Shown here in pieces: positions 46,250-55,800 of a DNA stretch of 64,000 bases; within the stretch, counting starts at the first letter, position 1, and the number at the start of each line of letters is the position of its first letter. The DNA is taken from the sequence record OZ346222.1; one strand, written 5' to 3'. The position numbers were made by a program, and so were the translations under genes. The DNA comes from a phage. The notes under the pieces were generated by a model that worked only from the letters and a program-made list of their open reading frames with translations, was not told the DNA's origin and did not search any database.

Positions 46250-47233
46250 TTAGATTATCTGAATCAGGGTATTTTTCATTTCTTCTCTGGTGCGGATGTT
46301 GTTACGGTCACGAACAACAGATCCACAACCTTCGCAGCGGTATGTTTTAAATGCACTCAGTTGAGTATACGCCAAAGCTTCTTCCTCGTGAAGGTGTTCT
46401 CCACCACAGCGTGGGCAACGAACTTTTGGCTCCTCATCCTGGTAGTACAATGACATGTTGGGGTGCTGCTTAGCAAACGGGCGAGCCAGCAAATACAGGC
46501 CTTCCAGAGATAGGATATCGCCAACATTGTACTCCCGCATCTGTTTAAACGCCTCAAGATCACCGTGAACACACTTGATCCACATTTCAAATGTGTGGTC
46601 AATCAGTTTCTGTCGGGCAAGTTGGAAGTATTTGCATGCATACTCCAAAGTGTTTGCATTCAAACGGAATGCCTTCTTGATCATTTTAAGGGTGTCAACC
46701 TCTTTGTAGGGGCTTGTTGGAGGCAATCCGTGAAATGCAAATCGTTGGTTGGCCCACCCACAGTCAAAACCTGAATTGTGGGCTACTGCGACATCACATT
46801 TATCCAGATAATACCACAAATCCTGAATCAATTCGAGATCATTGTGAATATCCTCATCCCACATTTTGTAATCAGGAAGAGCGCAGTCAACCACACTAGG
46901 ACTGTCTAACCACTTACCTGCGAAAGTTAGCATGTAGGGCATAATTTCAATACCGCAGGTTTGAATGTTGGTCTTATAGTGCCCAAAGAACCAGCCGTTT
47001 GTTGGAGATGTCTCTGTATCATACACCCAAACTTTAGCACCTTTGTGCTCTTCAAGGAAGCGCTCCGTTGCTTCTCCTACAATCTCTGACATATTCTCTT
47101 GTGCACGTTTAAGCTGTAGTCGGATCCAGCTCTCACGTGACTCACGGCCTAAAAATTCACGAGCAATTTGTCTATTAGTGTATCCCTGTTGCTTTAGTGT
47201 TAAAATTTGCTCAAGAGTTAACTTTGTCATCAT
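46250..47233 (-). CDS. DnaQ-like 3'-5' exonuclease (DEDD family)
   Basis: Track ORF; Exo motifs VYDTETS, HNSGFD, YNVGD; C-terminal Cys cluster. Confidence 0.7.
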   Translation of the reverse strand: MMTKLTLEQILTLKQQGYTNRQIAREFLGRESRESWIRLQLKRAQENMSEIVGEATERFLEEHKGAKVWVYDTETSPTNGWFFGHYKTNIQTCGIEIMPYMLTFAGKWLDSPSVVDCALPDYKMWDEDIHNDLELIQDLWYYLDKCDVAVAHNSGFDCGWANQRFAFHGLPPTSPYKEVDTLKMIKKAFRLNANTLEYACKYFQLARQKLIDHTFEMWIKCVHGDLEAFKQMREYNVGDILSLEGLYLLARPFAKQHPNMSLYYQDEEPKVRCPRCGGEHLHEEEALAYTQLSAFKTYRCEGCGSVVRDRNNIRTREEMKNTLIQII

Positions 47234-47245
47234 CGTTAAGATTCC

Positions 47246-47467
47246 TTAGTAAAACTGAAGAATGTCTTTTAAAGCGAAGTCACGATATTCGCCCTTGTCT
47301 ACATCGAAGGCACGCATCAACCACTGCTCTTCTTTATGATACTCTGTAGAGCCAAACCATAAATTAGGCTCAGTAACGCAGCGATCTGCAACAACACCTT
47401 TCCAGTTACGGTATTTCATCCTGATCAGAACTGAATCGCAAGGATTGAATACCTTTTTCATCCCCAT
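47246..47467 (-). CDS. hypothetical protein (73 aa)
   Basis: Track ORF. Confidence 0.45.
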   Translation of the reverse strand: MGMKKVFNPCDSVLIRMKYRNWKGVVADRCVTEPNLWFGSTEYHKEEQWLMRAFDVDKGEYRDFALKDILQFY

Positions 47468-48011
47468 AGAAATCTCTCTCCTCAGTTTTCTTTATAAACT
47501 CCTGCATGTAGAACTCAATAGCCTCATGCTTGGTGCACTCCGGATTAATGACAAGATTGAGATCTGATTCTGCTCGTGCAATGATCGTAGCTTTAGAGCA
47601 TCTCCTCAAGAACTTTGTCATATCATCTCTGTAGTTTTTGTGGAGCGGGAAGTCGCTGTAGTCTTTCTCCAAATAGTCAGCCATCCGGCGCAACGCCTCT
47701 GATAAACTGCAATCTGTATACTCGTTACAGTATTTCATCCAGTATTTAAGCACATACCCCTCAAAGGTATTAGTGCATTGGGACAAAACACCCCTGCAAC
47801 GACCAGTCAGATGGTCATGATCCAAACAAGGCTTACGAAGTGGCTCGCACAAGATAGGATCAAGACCATCCTGCTCCTCTGACAATTCTTTTCGAAAGTT
47901 GGCTATGTCCTTAGAATCTTTTAACCACCCGTTATGAACGGGGGCTTTGACAGCTTTCTTTCTTATTTTACGCTTTGCGATAATCCCTCCAGATGCGCCC
48001 TGCCTATCCAA
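47406..48011 (-). CDS. endonuclease VII-like (HNH) nuclease
   Basis: Track ORF; CLDHDHLTGRCRGVL...CTN matches Endo VII core. Confidence 0.6.
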   Translation of the reverse strand: MDRQGASGGIIAKRKIRKKAVKAPVHNGWLKDSKDIANFRKELSEEQDGLDPILCEPLRKPCLDHDHLTGRCRGVLSQCTNTFEGYVLKYWMKYCNEYTDCSLSEALRRMADYLEKDYSDFPLHKNYRDDMTKFLRRCSKATIIARAESDLNLVINPECTKHEAIEFYMQEFIKKTEERDFYGDEKGIQSLRFSSDQDEIP

Positions 48012-48592
48012 TAAGCATCTGCGAGATCGGCCTTACCTTGTACCAAATTGATCCCATCTAGGAACCCAGGTTCAGATACTTCGCAGGCCTTAACCATCAA
48101 CTTTTTATCCATCGTAACAGGTTTCTTCACAGTATGCTCTTTACCTGTCTTTTTGTCAAGCTTTTTCTTCTCCTCGAAAGCAAGTTCCTCAGGAAGATGA
48201 CCACGAGCAAACTTTTTGGCAGTTGTTGGTGTCACTGTGTGGACCTTAAACAGGCCGTCATTTTCACAATCCGCTAAGGCATCCCAAAGCATAACTTCAA
48301 GACCGTAAAACAACCCAGCCAGTTCACGTGTGGCATCCCCGCGTGATCCAAAGGAAAGCCCTTCCATAACTACAGTGTCAACGCCGTGCGTGTGGATATA
48401 ATATCTGACCTGTTTGCAGATCCAGTCAATACGCTCAGCAGCTGTTGCAAAAGAAACCGTCCCTGGTTTCTTCTCTTTTGCAGATGAGCTTTGAGTTCGT
48501 AACACAACCTTATGAACAGGCTTTCCATCGTCCCATACAACGCAAGCTGTGTGTGTCAACGACTGGTCTATGGATAATAGACGCTCTCTCAT
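47963..48592 (-). CDS. RuvC-like Holliday junction resolvase
   Basis: Track ORF; LSIDQS (Asp), MEGLSFG (Glu), KADLADAYWIGRAH (Asp pair) in RuvC order. Confidence 0.6.
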   Translation of the reverse strand: MRERLLSIDQSLTHTACVVWDDGKPVHKVVLRTQSSSAKEKKPGTVSFATAAERIDWICKQVRYYIHTHGVDTVVMEGLSFGSRGDATRELAGLFYGLEVMLWDALADCENDGLFKVHTVTPTTAKKFARGHLPEELAFEEKKKLDKKTGKEHTVKKPVTMDKKLMVKACEVSEPGFLDGINLVQGKADLADAYWIGRAHLEGLSQSVK

Positions 48593-48924
48593 GCTTCCTC
48601 ATCCTCCTCTCCTTCATCAGGAGCATAAGCCTTATCTTTGAACAATACGAGAGAGCAAAGCTTAACATCTGTTTCCACACTGGTGAACATGCATAACCGC
48701 TCGCCCTCAATCAGCTCACAATCCTCTTTTAAAACAGCAGACCATACACGGTCATCTGCGTAATCATCCGTGTACAGGATGTATGAAATGGTGTCATCTT
48801 CATACAACCGCCACATACCTGTGGCAACAACGAATGTATTTTTTGTTTTAAGTGTCCCTGTTGTGTGATCATCCTCAAAAACAGCTTCCATAATTGCGTT
48901 ATCTACAGAATTTTTAGTCATCAA
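48589..48924 (-). CDS. hypothetical protein (111 aa)
   Basis: Track ORF. Confidence 0.5.
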   Translation of the reverse strand: MMTKNSVDNAIMEAVFEDDHTTGTLKTKNTFVVATGMWRLYEDDTISYILYTDDYADDRVWSAVLKEDCELIEGERLCMFTSVETDVKLCSLVLFKDKAYAPDEGEEDEEA

Positions 48925-50060
48925 ATTGCTCCAACATTTCTAAGAACGTTAACAAGTTTTGTTTGATCATTGAATGTTCGCTTCATATACAAACAGTCAA
49001 AAATTATACTCATCCATTGACCTACGGAGATTCTACGATCAATACCATTGAAGTCAGTATACTTAACAACACCTTTCGGGAACCACTTCTTGTACTGATC
49101 AATAATAGCCACCCACATCTCCTTTGGAGTGCTGCACTGAGACAGTAGGTAGAATGCTGAGGCATCTCCGAACTTACCCTTACCGATAAGTCCTTGATAC
49201 GGCTTGATGTTGTCAGCAGAGTCACCACACAGCATTTGGTATCCGAAGAACAGCATTCCGTAACCACCAACCTCTCCATTAGGCTTCATGAAGATGTTCC
49301 CCATACCGTTATCGATCAGCATAGGGGTTTCCCTTACAAAATCTCCCTTATCGTTTCGCATGGGATCGAACACAAGCCCCGGTAGTGTTCTTTGGTCCTT
49401 ATCAATAGAGATAATAAACTTGTTGAACTTACCTGTTTTTTGGTAGTGGTTCCAACCTTCAAATTGCTGGATAGCTAACCAGTCATCAGCCTCGATACCG
49501 TTGATCACTTGAGCATTATACTGCTTTTGGAGATACTGTCTTGCATCTCCAAGCAGCAGTGGTCGAAGAGTATTGTTACGGTTGGCTTTGTATCTTTCCG
49601 GCATTGGAAGATCTAGTCTGAAGTTACCTGTGCCTCCCAACACCCCGACACATCGCTCTTCCGGAATACCAAGATAGTTAAGAACTGCATTTGCCTTACA
49701 TTTTATTGTGTGCAAGCAGTTCTCTACAGGGTCAGGTGTTTGGATATCCAAGACATCAAAATCTTCACGTGTCCACGGAATAAACTCCTTACCAGACTTT
49801 TTACATGCGGCTTCACGGTTGGTATTCTCAGCTTTTAGCCAACCACCAACGGTGTTCTTCTGCCGCCCCCAGAACTCTGTTCGTGTTTTAAACATCTTCT
49901 TACGTCCGGAGGCTTTGTGTGTTACCTCAATTGTCCTTTTTTCACAACTTGCTGCAGCTTGATATGCAACCTGATCGAAGTCATAATAAACTATAGCGTC
50001 AGGTTCAAGAAGATCAGCCAGACAATCTATGGACTCAATAAGTGGATATTCTCTACTCAA
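48921..50060 (-). CDS. 5'-3' exonuclease / flap endonuclease (RNase H-like)
   Basis: Track ORF; GIEADDWLA, ISIDKDQ and helix-hairpin-helix CGDSADNIKPYQGLIGKG motifs. Confidence 0.75.
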   Translation of the reverse strand: MSREYPLIESIDCLADLLEPDAIVYYDFDQVAYQAAASCEKRTIEVTHKASGRKKMFKTRTEFWGRQKNTVGGWLKAENTNREAACKKSGKEFIPWTREDFDVLDIQTPDPVENCLHTIKCKANAVLNYLGIPEERCVGVLGGTGNFRLDLPMPERYKANRNNTLRPLLLGDARQYLQKQYNAQVINGIEADDWLAIQQFEGWNHYQKTGKFNKFIISIDKDQRTLPGLVFDPMRNDKGDFVRETPMLIDNGMGNIFMKPNGEVGGYGMLFFGYQMLCGDSADNIKPYQGLIGKGKFGDASAFYLLSQCSTPKEMWVAIIDQYKKWFPKGVVKYTDFNGIDRRISVGQWMSIIFDCLYMKRTFNDQTKLVNVLRNVGAI

Positions 50061-50361
50061 AGACCCTCCTGTTAGTTATTCTGCAAGATGGTTGGATGCT
50101 GTAATGGAATGCATCATCACTCTCTGCAATAAGTGACTCAACATCCCAATACTTTTCAAAAAGGAACGGATTAGACCCCCAGTGGTGGGTTATTTTCATC
50201 AAGGAGTCTGGTATCATATAACCACAGATCTTAATTACATCGCCAGGTTGAATTGTGTTTTCATGAAGGTTGCTTGCCTTCTTCAGAATCATACCTTTAT
50301 GATTCTCGTTTGCATACAACTGGACAATATCTTTATCTTCAACAATAAAAATTTTAAGCAT
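50053..50361 (-). CDS. hypothetical protein (102 aa)
   Basis: Track ORF. Confidence 0.5.
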   Translation of the reverse strand: MLKIFIVEDKDIVQLYANENHKGMILKKASNLHENTIQPGDVIKICGYMIPDSLMKITHHWGSNPFLFEKYWDVESLIAESDDAFHYSIQPSCRITNRRVFE

Positions 50362-50420
50362 ACCTAGTTCTCCTAGTTTATAGATATCTGACCGATAATA
50401 TCAGATTAATAACACTTTTG

Positions 50421-50714
50421 TCAAGACTTTTTAGTCTTTCTTGGAGAGCTTTTTGTTGATCTTTTCCTTTTGTGGTAGATTCCAAGTGCAGCGTTTTCTT
50501 GGGCGCACGTTTTAACAGTTCTCAGACAAGAGCTTTCAGCTTTAGGCAGGTTTAACTCCCACCAACCAAGCCAGTAAAGTTCTGATTCAGACAACTGCTC
50601 AGATTCAGCCTTCCGATACAAGGCTTGCATACCCCTGATGATATCGTCCAGAGGTGTATCGAATACAAAAGCTGTCTTATCGAATTTCTCTTTTACAGAT
50701 CTCTTAGCCATCAA
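50421..50714 (-). CDS. hypothetical protein (97 aa)
   Basis: Track ORF. Confidence 0.5.
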   Translation of the reverse strand: MMAKRSVKEKFDKTAFVFDTPLDDIIRGMQALYRKAESEQLSESELYWLGWWELNLPKAESSCLRTVKTCAQENAALGIYHKRKRSTKSSPRKTKKS

Positions 50715-51168
50715 GGTAACCCTCTATCCACGAAAAGTCAGTCTTCCATTCTGGAACTTTACTAAGCTCGCGCCACTCTGCAAAGCAGTCTCGGTAATAC
50801 GCCTCTGCCATACCTCTGGTGATCTTATTCACCTTAGCCAACTGATTAACTGCCTGAGCATACTTTCCACGGATATTTGCTAATCCAGGATGTACCGATG
50901 TGTGACAATCTGGGCACAACGCTATCAGTCCGACAAGCCGGATCACTCCCTCTTCGAAAGTGTAAAGTTCATGACACTCCACTGGATGTTTGCTGCCTTT
51001 ACCGCCGCACACCTCGCAAGTGTAGTTTGCCTCTCTGTAGCACTTCTTACGGATCTTATCCCACTCACTCTTCTTCACAGCGTTTCGGAGGTTATTATAC
51101 CAAGCTGTTTCTGGGATCAGTTGCACAATAAGCCTGCGTTCAGACCTCATTAAACGTCCGTCTTCCAC
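50704..51168 (-). CDS. HNH-like zinc-binding nuclease (putative)
   Basis: Track ORF; CEVCGG...H...CH and CPDCH motifs. Confidence 0.45.
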   Translation of the reverse strand: MEDGRLMRSERRLIVQLIPETAWYNNLRNAVKKSEWDKIRKKCYREANYTCEVCGGKGSKHPVECHELYTFEEGVIRLVGLIALCPDCHTSVHPGLANIRGKYAQAVNQLAKVNKITRGMAEAYYRDCFAEWRELSKVPEWKTDFSWIEGYLDG

Positions 51169-51177
51169 GTATCCCCC

Positions 51178-51399
51178 TTATTCAAAGAAATGGGTGCGAG
51201 GGCAGGAACCTGCCTCGCCTTGTTTCACAAGCTCGTAGAGCTCACCTTGGCTTGTCTCATAAAGGCAAATACGTTTACCATTGTCCCGATACACATCGAC
51301 AAGATACGCTGTTTCACCTGCAAACACGACACCACAGGCCAGACATGCTGCCATGAACAAAATTGCCAACAGAAAATCTTTCATGGTTAAACACTCCAT
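51178..51399 (-). CDS. small secreted protein with signal peptide (73 aa)
   Basis: Track ORF; N-terminal LAILFMAACLACGVVFA. Confidence 0.5.
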   Translation of the reverse strand: MECLTMKDFLLAILFMAACLACGVVFAGETAYLVDVYRDNGKRICLYETSQGELYELVKQGEAGSCPRTHFFE

Positions 51400-51447
51400 A
51401 ACATTTTATGAGGTAACAATACCACGTCCGTGTGGTTATGTCAATGA

Positions 51448-51963
51448 TCAATCCAGGACAATGCCGCCTGCCTTTTTAAACACCTCGATCAACTTCTCGA
51501 TCTTCTGTTCATGCTGACCATATCCAGCGCCGGGTAACGAAGCCCAGCGGGAACGGCATTTGCGGATAGCTTCGTGGATACGCCCTTCGTCAATGTCGGC
51601 GAGAGCCTTGCACTCACGGATCAGTTGCAACGCAATCTTGTCCTGACTGGCAGGGCCAAAATCTGGTAATCCTAGCTGTTTCATGTAGTGTTTAGCAAAC
51701 TTCTCCAAAACCTGGTAACGACCAGCAGCGGAGGAGGTAAGTTTAGCATTTAGCTTAACGTAAACACCTGGATGCTTGCTGTAATCGCTGAACAGCTTGC
51801 CGCCGACTATGACATCGTACCCCCGATCCTTGGTAGGTTGTCTACCATTATCTGTTCCTTCCGAATATGCGATCATATCCAAGAAAGCTTTTCGTTGAAC
51901 ATTTTTATCAAGTTTCATTTTCATACTCTCCAGTTTGCTCATAACTAACCCGATCAACAACAC
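51448..51963 (-). CDS. endolysin, lambda R-type lytic transglycosylase
   Basis: Track ORF; AFLDMIAYSEGTDNGRQPTKDRGYDVIVGG...WASLPGAGYGQ near-colinear with lambda R; true start probably the internal MKMKLDK. Confidence 0.9.
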   Translation of the reverse strand: MLLIGLVMSKLESMKMKLDKNVQRKAFLDMIAYSEGTDNGRQPTKDRGYDVIVGGKLFSDYSKHPGVYVKLNAKLTSSAAGRYQVLEKFAKHYMKQLGLPDFGPASQDKIALQLIRECKALADIDEGRIHEAIRKCRSRWASLPGAGYGQHEQKIEKLIEVFKKAGGIVLD

Positions 51964-52041
51964 TGCATAGTGTGGTTATGTAGGTGCCAATTGAAAAACC
52001 ATCATTCAATTGGCTACCGTTACCTACTAAACCATCCTACA

Positions 52042-53325
52042 TCATTCCAGAACCTCCCAAGTATCTGGGTTAACATTTCGGACGCAGATACCGACAGGGA
52101 ATTGGTAGTTGTTGTCTTCTGTCCTTGCTTGATATTTGAAGGTGACAAACTTGCCGATCATTTCCTGCATCCTGTCATAGCTACGCTCCTCGTGCGTGCC
52201 TTTCATCTTCATTTTAACAACAACACCTTCCTTGTCAACACAGATAAGAACACCTTCATCATTCTTATCTTTCTCAACGTCAATAACTTTCACCTCTGCG
52301 TCGTTGAACTTTTTCCATTTCAATGCTTCAGATGTTCGCTGACCATACTCATATTTACCACAGAAGTTACGCATAATGGTACCTTCATATCCTTCAGACA
52401 TAAATATACCAACAGACTCTTCGCACCGATCAACCGTATATGCAAGCTCTGCATCAACAACCTTAATATGATCAAGCATCAAAGAAGTAATAGCACCGTT
52501 TGCCTCCATAAGATCCTTACAGCGACCAGACTCTGTTTCAGGATCCCACCACACCTTATCGCTAGGAATATCGAAAATATGATACTCTAAGTCGTAGCTG
52601 CAGTACCCTTCGTAACGCAAATCATCACGAACAGGCTCAACATCAACAGGAATGTCCACCTTGTTGAAGTTTTTGTATGTTGCTAAACCTGCTTTAATCG
52701 CAGCCTGACGGCGTTTTTTATCTGCCTTGTAGTCTTTATCGATCTCGGCCTGAATTTCTTCCTGTGTGCGCCACCGTTTAGCAAGAGACACTATTTTCTG
52801 CAGAGGTAGACCATGAATATAGAGCTCTCCGTCGAGCTGTTTAATCCCGGTGGTTAGGTGGAAAGAGCGAAGTTGCTCCAGAAGCTTTCCTTGAATAGGG
52901 TAGGACTTATTACCACGGGAAATAAATTTAGGCTCACCATTCTGGAAAACAACAAGTAGACGAAGGCCATCTAACTTACGCAAGATCCAGCAAGGTAATT
53001 TAAGTGCCTTGCCACGCTTCAGGTAGTCATGCACCAACATGGGTAAAAGATCAACACCTTGCTCACAATCTTCCATACTCTCCACGTACCCGAGTCGGAC
53101 CTGTTTTTCCCACTTACTGATCGCTTCCAGCTCGGCCTGTTGCTCAGCTGTAGTTTCATTGGCGCGACCCACGTTCTTAGGTGTGCAGATCGTCTCTTTG
53201 TATTGCAGTTTACCATCAAGCTTGCCAAACTCTACGATAACCTTATCACCATCCGTGAATACTTTCCACTGTTGGTAGCTGCCATCTTTGTTCAGTGCGT
53301 ACAGTGTTGTTTTGATTTGATGCAT
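52042..53325 (-). CDS. DNA ligase (probably ATP-dependent)
   Basis: 427-aa track ORF; adenylation motif KLDGLR (KxDGxR). Confidence 0.7.
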   Translation of the reverse strand: MHQIKTTLYALNKDGSYQQWKVFTDGDKVIVEFGKLDGKLQYKETICTPKNVGRANETTAEQQAELEAISKWEKQVRLGYVESMEDCEQGVDLLPMLVHDYLKRGKALKLPCWILRKLDGLRLLVVFQNGEPKFISRGNKSYPIQGKLLEQLRSFHLTTGIKQLDGELYIHGLPLQKIVSLAKRWRTQEEIQAEIDKDYKADKKRRQAAIKAGLATYKNFNKVDIPVDVEPVRDDLRYEGYCSYDLEYHIFDIPSDKVWWDPETESGRCKDLMEANGAITSLMLDHIKVVDAELAYTVDRCEESVGIFMSEGYEGTIMRNFCGKYEYGQRTSEALKWKKFNDAEVKVIDVEKDKNDEGVLICVDKEGVVVKMKMKGTHEERSYDRMQEMIGKFVTFKYQARTEDNNYQFPVGICVRNVNPDTWEVLE

Positions 53326-53594
53326 TACTCGGCCTCTTCCTTAAAAATTTTAAACATCTCTTCTTTACTCATTACCAACCAGTCCCCCATAAAATCAACA
53401 AGCCAATCACCCTGGTACAAGACTAGGTTACCAAACGGCTCTACAAGCTCACACATGCGACGAAGATCTCTGGTCCGAACAGGTGACGATGTAAACACAC
53501 CTGTATCAATCCACCGTTGCAGATCAGATACTGATGAAGAGCTTCCGTCAAACTGGTGTGCTTCTACAGGTTTAGCAAGATTAAATAACGGCAT
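53325..53594 (-). CDS. hypothetical protein (89 aa)
   Basis: Track ORF. Confidence 0.5.
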   Translation of the reverse strand: MPLFNLAKPVEAHQFDGSSSSVSDLQRWIDTGVFTSSPVRTRDLRRMCELVEPFGNLVLYQGDWLVDFMGDWLVMSKEEMFKIFKEEAE

Positions 53595-53919
53595 TGCAGT
53601 CCTCCTTATCTAATAGATCTTTTATTGGGTAAACAAGCAGGTGTGGATCGTAATAATTTATAGTTTTATTCTGCCACACTATGAACTTAATTACAACTAA
53701 ATTTACCACATCTTTATCTCCATGTAGTCCAACACACAGATTTGTCCATATTTTGTGGTTGAATACTTTGCTGTCGATGTAGATCTTAGTGTCAAACTTA
53801 TCCTCTATCCTGCCTATAAGTTTAACCAACTCTTTCATCTGATCCCCAAACACAGCATCGTTTTCAAGATCTCTAGAGTGCTTGTACATAACTATCTGCC
53901 TCACTTGCATACTTTCCAC
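53581..53919 (-). CDS. hypothetical protein (112 aa)
   Basis: Track ORF. Confidence 0.5.
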   Translation of the reverse strand: MESMQVRQIVMYKHSRDLENDAVFGDQMKELVKLIGRIEDKFDTKIYIDSKVFNHKIWTNLCVGLHGDKDVVNLVVIKFIVWQNKTINYYDPHLLVYPIKDLLDKEDCNAVI

Positions 53920-53952
53920 AACAAGTAAAGCCGGGTAATCCCGGCCATGTTG

Positions 53953-54666
53953 TTAAATATACTCTGCTACATCCTTGAAGCTCGAAGGCTTCATGATCTT
54001 ACCTTTACTGTCAAGGAATATGATAACTTTATTACCGTTGTAGAATTCTTCCTTAGCAACAAAACCTTCATATCGACCATCAAAGCGTCGCTCAAGATCT
54101 TTAATCTCCAACTCTATGAGTTGTTCAGCAGGCATATCTGCACTGGCACCGTGTGAATACCGTAGATGGTTGACCCGTGCAAACTTGCTGTCATTCGATT
54201 TGAGAACCTTACGCATCATCCCGCACACATCGCCGCGAAGCTGGAACAGCAAAGCTGTTGACAACTCCGCTAAACGGTAAGCTGACGCTCTTTGCTTGGA
54301 TGTGTTTTTCGCAGCGATCAGTGTGTCATAGAACTCACCGATCTTGAACTTAAGACCTCGTGGATTATCAAACAGGTTTGACCACTTTTCGTGATTGTCA
54401 TTAACAAGATAAGCTGCATAACTTGTGACAACGTGAAGATCGCAGGCCTCCTTTAGCAGGTGATCTCCACCATCACCTTTCTCCAGCTCTTCCAAAACTT
54501 CATTGAACTCTTCCTCAATGAAGCTAAGCTGTAATTCGAATGGTGTGTATGATTTTTTCACTTTAGCTGCCACACGGTTCCAGTTTTCCACCCAGTTGGC
54601 AGACCAAAGGTAGTTTTCAGGTTGGGATAGTTTTTCCAGGTTGTCAATTAATTTAGTATTCAGCAT
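53953..54666 (-). CDS. hypothetical protein (237 aa), possible MazG-like nucleotide pyrophosphohydrolase
   Basis: Track ORF; EEEFNEVLEELE...D acidic helix reminiscent of MazG; weak. Confidence 0.3.
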   Translation of the reverse strand: MLNTKLIDNLEKLSQPENYLWSANWVENWNRVAAKVKKSYTPFELQLSFIEEEFNEVLEELEKGDGGDHLLKEACDLHVVTSYAAYLVNDNHEKWSNLFDNPRGLKFKIGEFYDTLIAAKNTSKQRASAYRLAELSTALLFQLRGDVCGMMRKVLKSNDSKFARVNHLRYSHGASADMPAEQLIELEIKDLERRFDGRYEGFVAKEEFYNGNKVIIFLDSKGKIMKPSSFKDVAEYI

Positions 54667-54679
54667 TAAAGGTCTCCTT

Positions 54680-55441
54680 TTAAAGTTCCATAAAGTTTTC
54701 TACAGTCTCAATGAATGTTTTATCAGAGAAGGCATCAACCGCACCGTTAAACCAAACTGGGATGCCACGATCCTCATACTGGTAAATATCACTACGTGAA
54801 ATGCCATTCTCCTCTAGATGCTGTGAGTCGTATTTATTAACGATCAGTAGTTTGGTTCCCTTATTGCAGGCAGGGAATAGCTCCCAGTTAAAATTGATAA
54901 CTGTGTTGGAGCACCCTACAAGGATAACCATATCATTGCTCGTAAGAGAAGTCAACAGGTCATACATGTCTGTATACTTCGGAGCTACTTCTCCGAAGAA
55001 CACCACATTAGGCTTAACCCAGGTATACTTTCCTGCGTCTACCTCAGAGTATCCAATGTCCTTAATGACGTCACTTCCTTCATCGTCCTCATAGACTATT
55101 TCTGGCAAATACCCGTGGACATGTAAAATATCTTCATGTTTTACACCAGCACGCTCCAGCAAATCATCTACATTGGTGGTAAGGTTGATCACACGACCAG
55201 ACCAGCGGGAATACCACTCAGCGATCCGAAGATGTGCAAGGTTAGGCTCAACACTGCCTAAAGCTACACGACGTGCATTGTAAAAGTCATGCACCTTATA
55301 GTAGTTCTTGGCAAAGGTGTGGATGTTGCACACCTCATCGATGCTGAAATTCTCCCACATTGCAGTGCTACCAGATCGGAAAGTGGGAATACCAGATTCA
55401 GCGCTCAAACCAGCACCGGAGATAATAATCAGTCGTCGCAT
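54680..55441 (-). CDS. Sir2-family NAD-dependent deacylase-like protein
   Basis: Track ORF; GAGLSAESGIPTFR NAD-binding signature, HG and FFGE motifs. Confidence 0.8.
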   Translation of the reverse strand: MRRLIIISGAGLSAESGIPTFRSGSTAMWENFSIDEVCNIHTFAKNYYKVHDFYNARRVALGSVEPNLAHLRIAEWYSRWSGRVINLTTNVDDLLERAGVKHEDILHVHGYLPEIVYEDDEGSDVIKDIGYSEVDAGKYTWVKPNVVFFGEVAPKYTDMYDLLTSLTSNDMVILVGCSNTVINFNWELFPACNKGTKLLIVNKYDSQHLEENGISRSDIYQYEDRGIPVWFNGAVDAFSDKTFIETVENFMEL

Positions 55442-55449
55442 AAGTGTCC

Positions 55450-55800
55450 TCAGTAGATGTTTTGTTTAATCTCTATTCCAAACTTTTTAAACGAGTCAGC
55501 TGCAAGCATGAATTTACGAGCCGCTGATGGGTTAGAAGTATGCACGAAAATCTTCACGTTGTCAACTACAGGAGGCTTACCAAATACAAATTTTTCCTCC
55601 AACATAGATAGGCAATCGTACCCTTCGAATACCTCTCCAAGGTCGTTGTCCATATGCCACTCAGAAACGCGTCTGTAGAGCTTTCTATTATCGTTAATAA
55701 AATCTATAAACTCGGAGGAATTCTTTAGCCAAACAGCGTCTTGGAGCCCGTACTTTGACGGATCTCTCAAGTCATCTAGCCACACAATCAACTTCTTCAT
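55450..55800 (-). CDS. hypothetical protein (116 aa)
   Basis: Track ORF; ATGA coupling to rnlA. Confidence 0.5.
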   Translation of the reverse strand: MKKLIVWLDDLRDPSKYGLQDAVWLKNSSEFIDFINDNRKLYRRVSEWHMDNDLGEVFEGYDCLSMLEEKFVFGKPPVVDNVKIFVHTSNPSAARKFMLAADSFKKFGIEIKQNIY

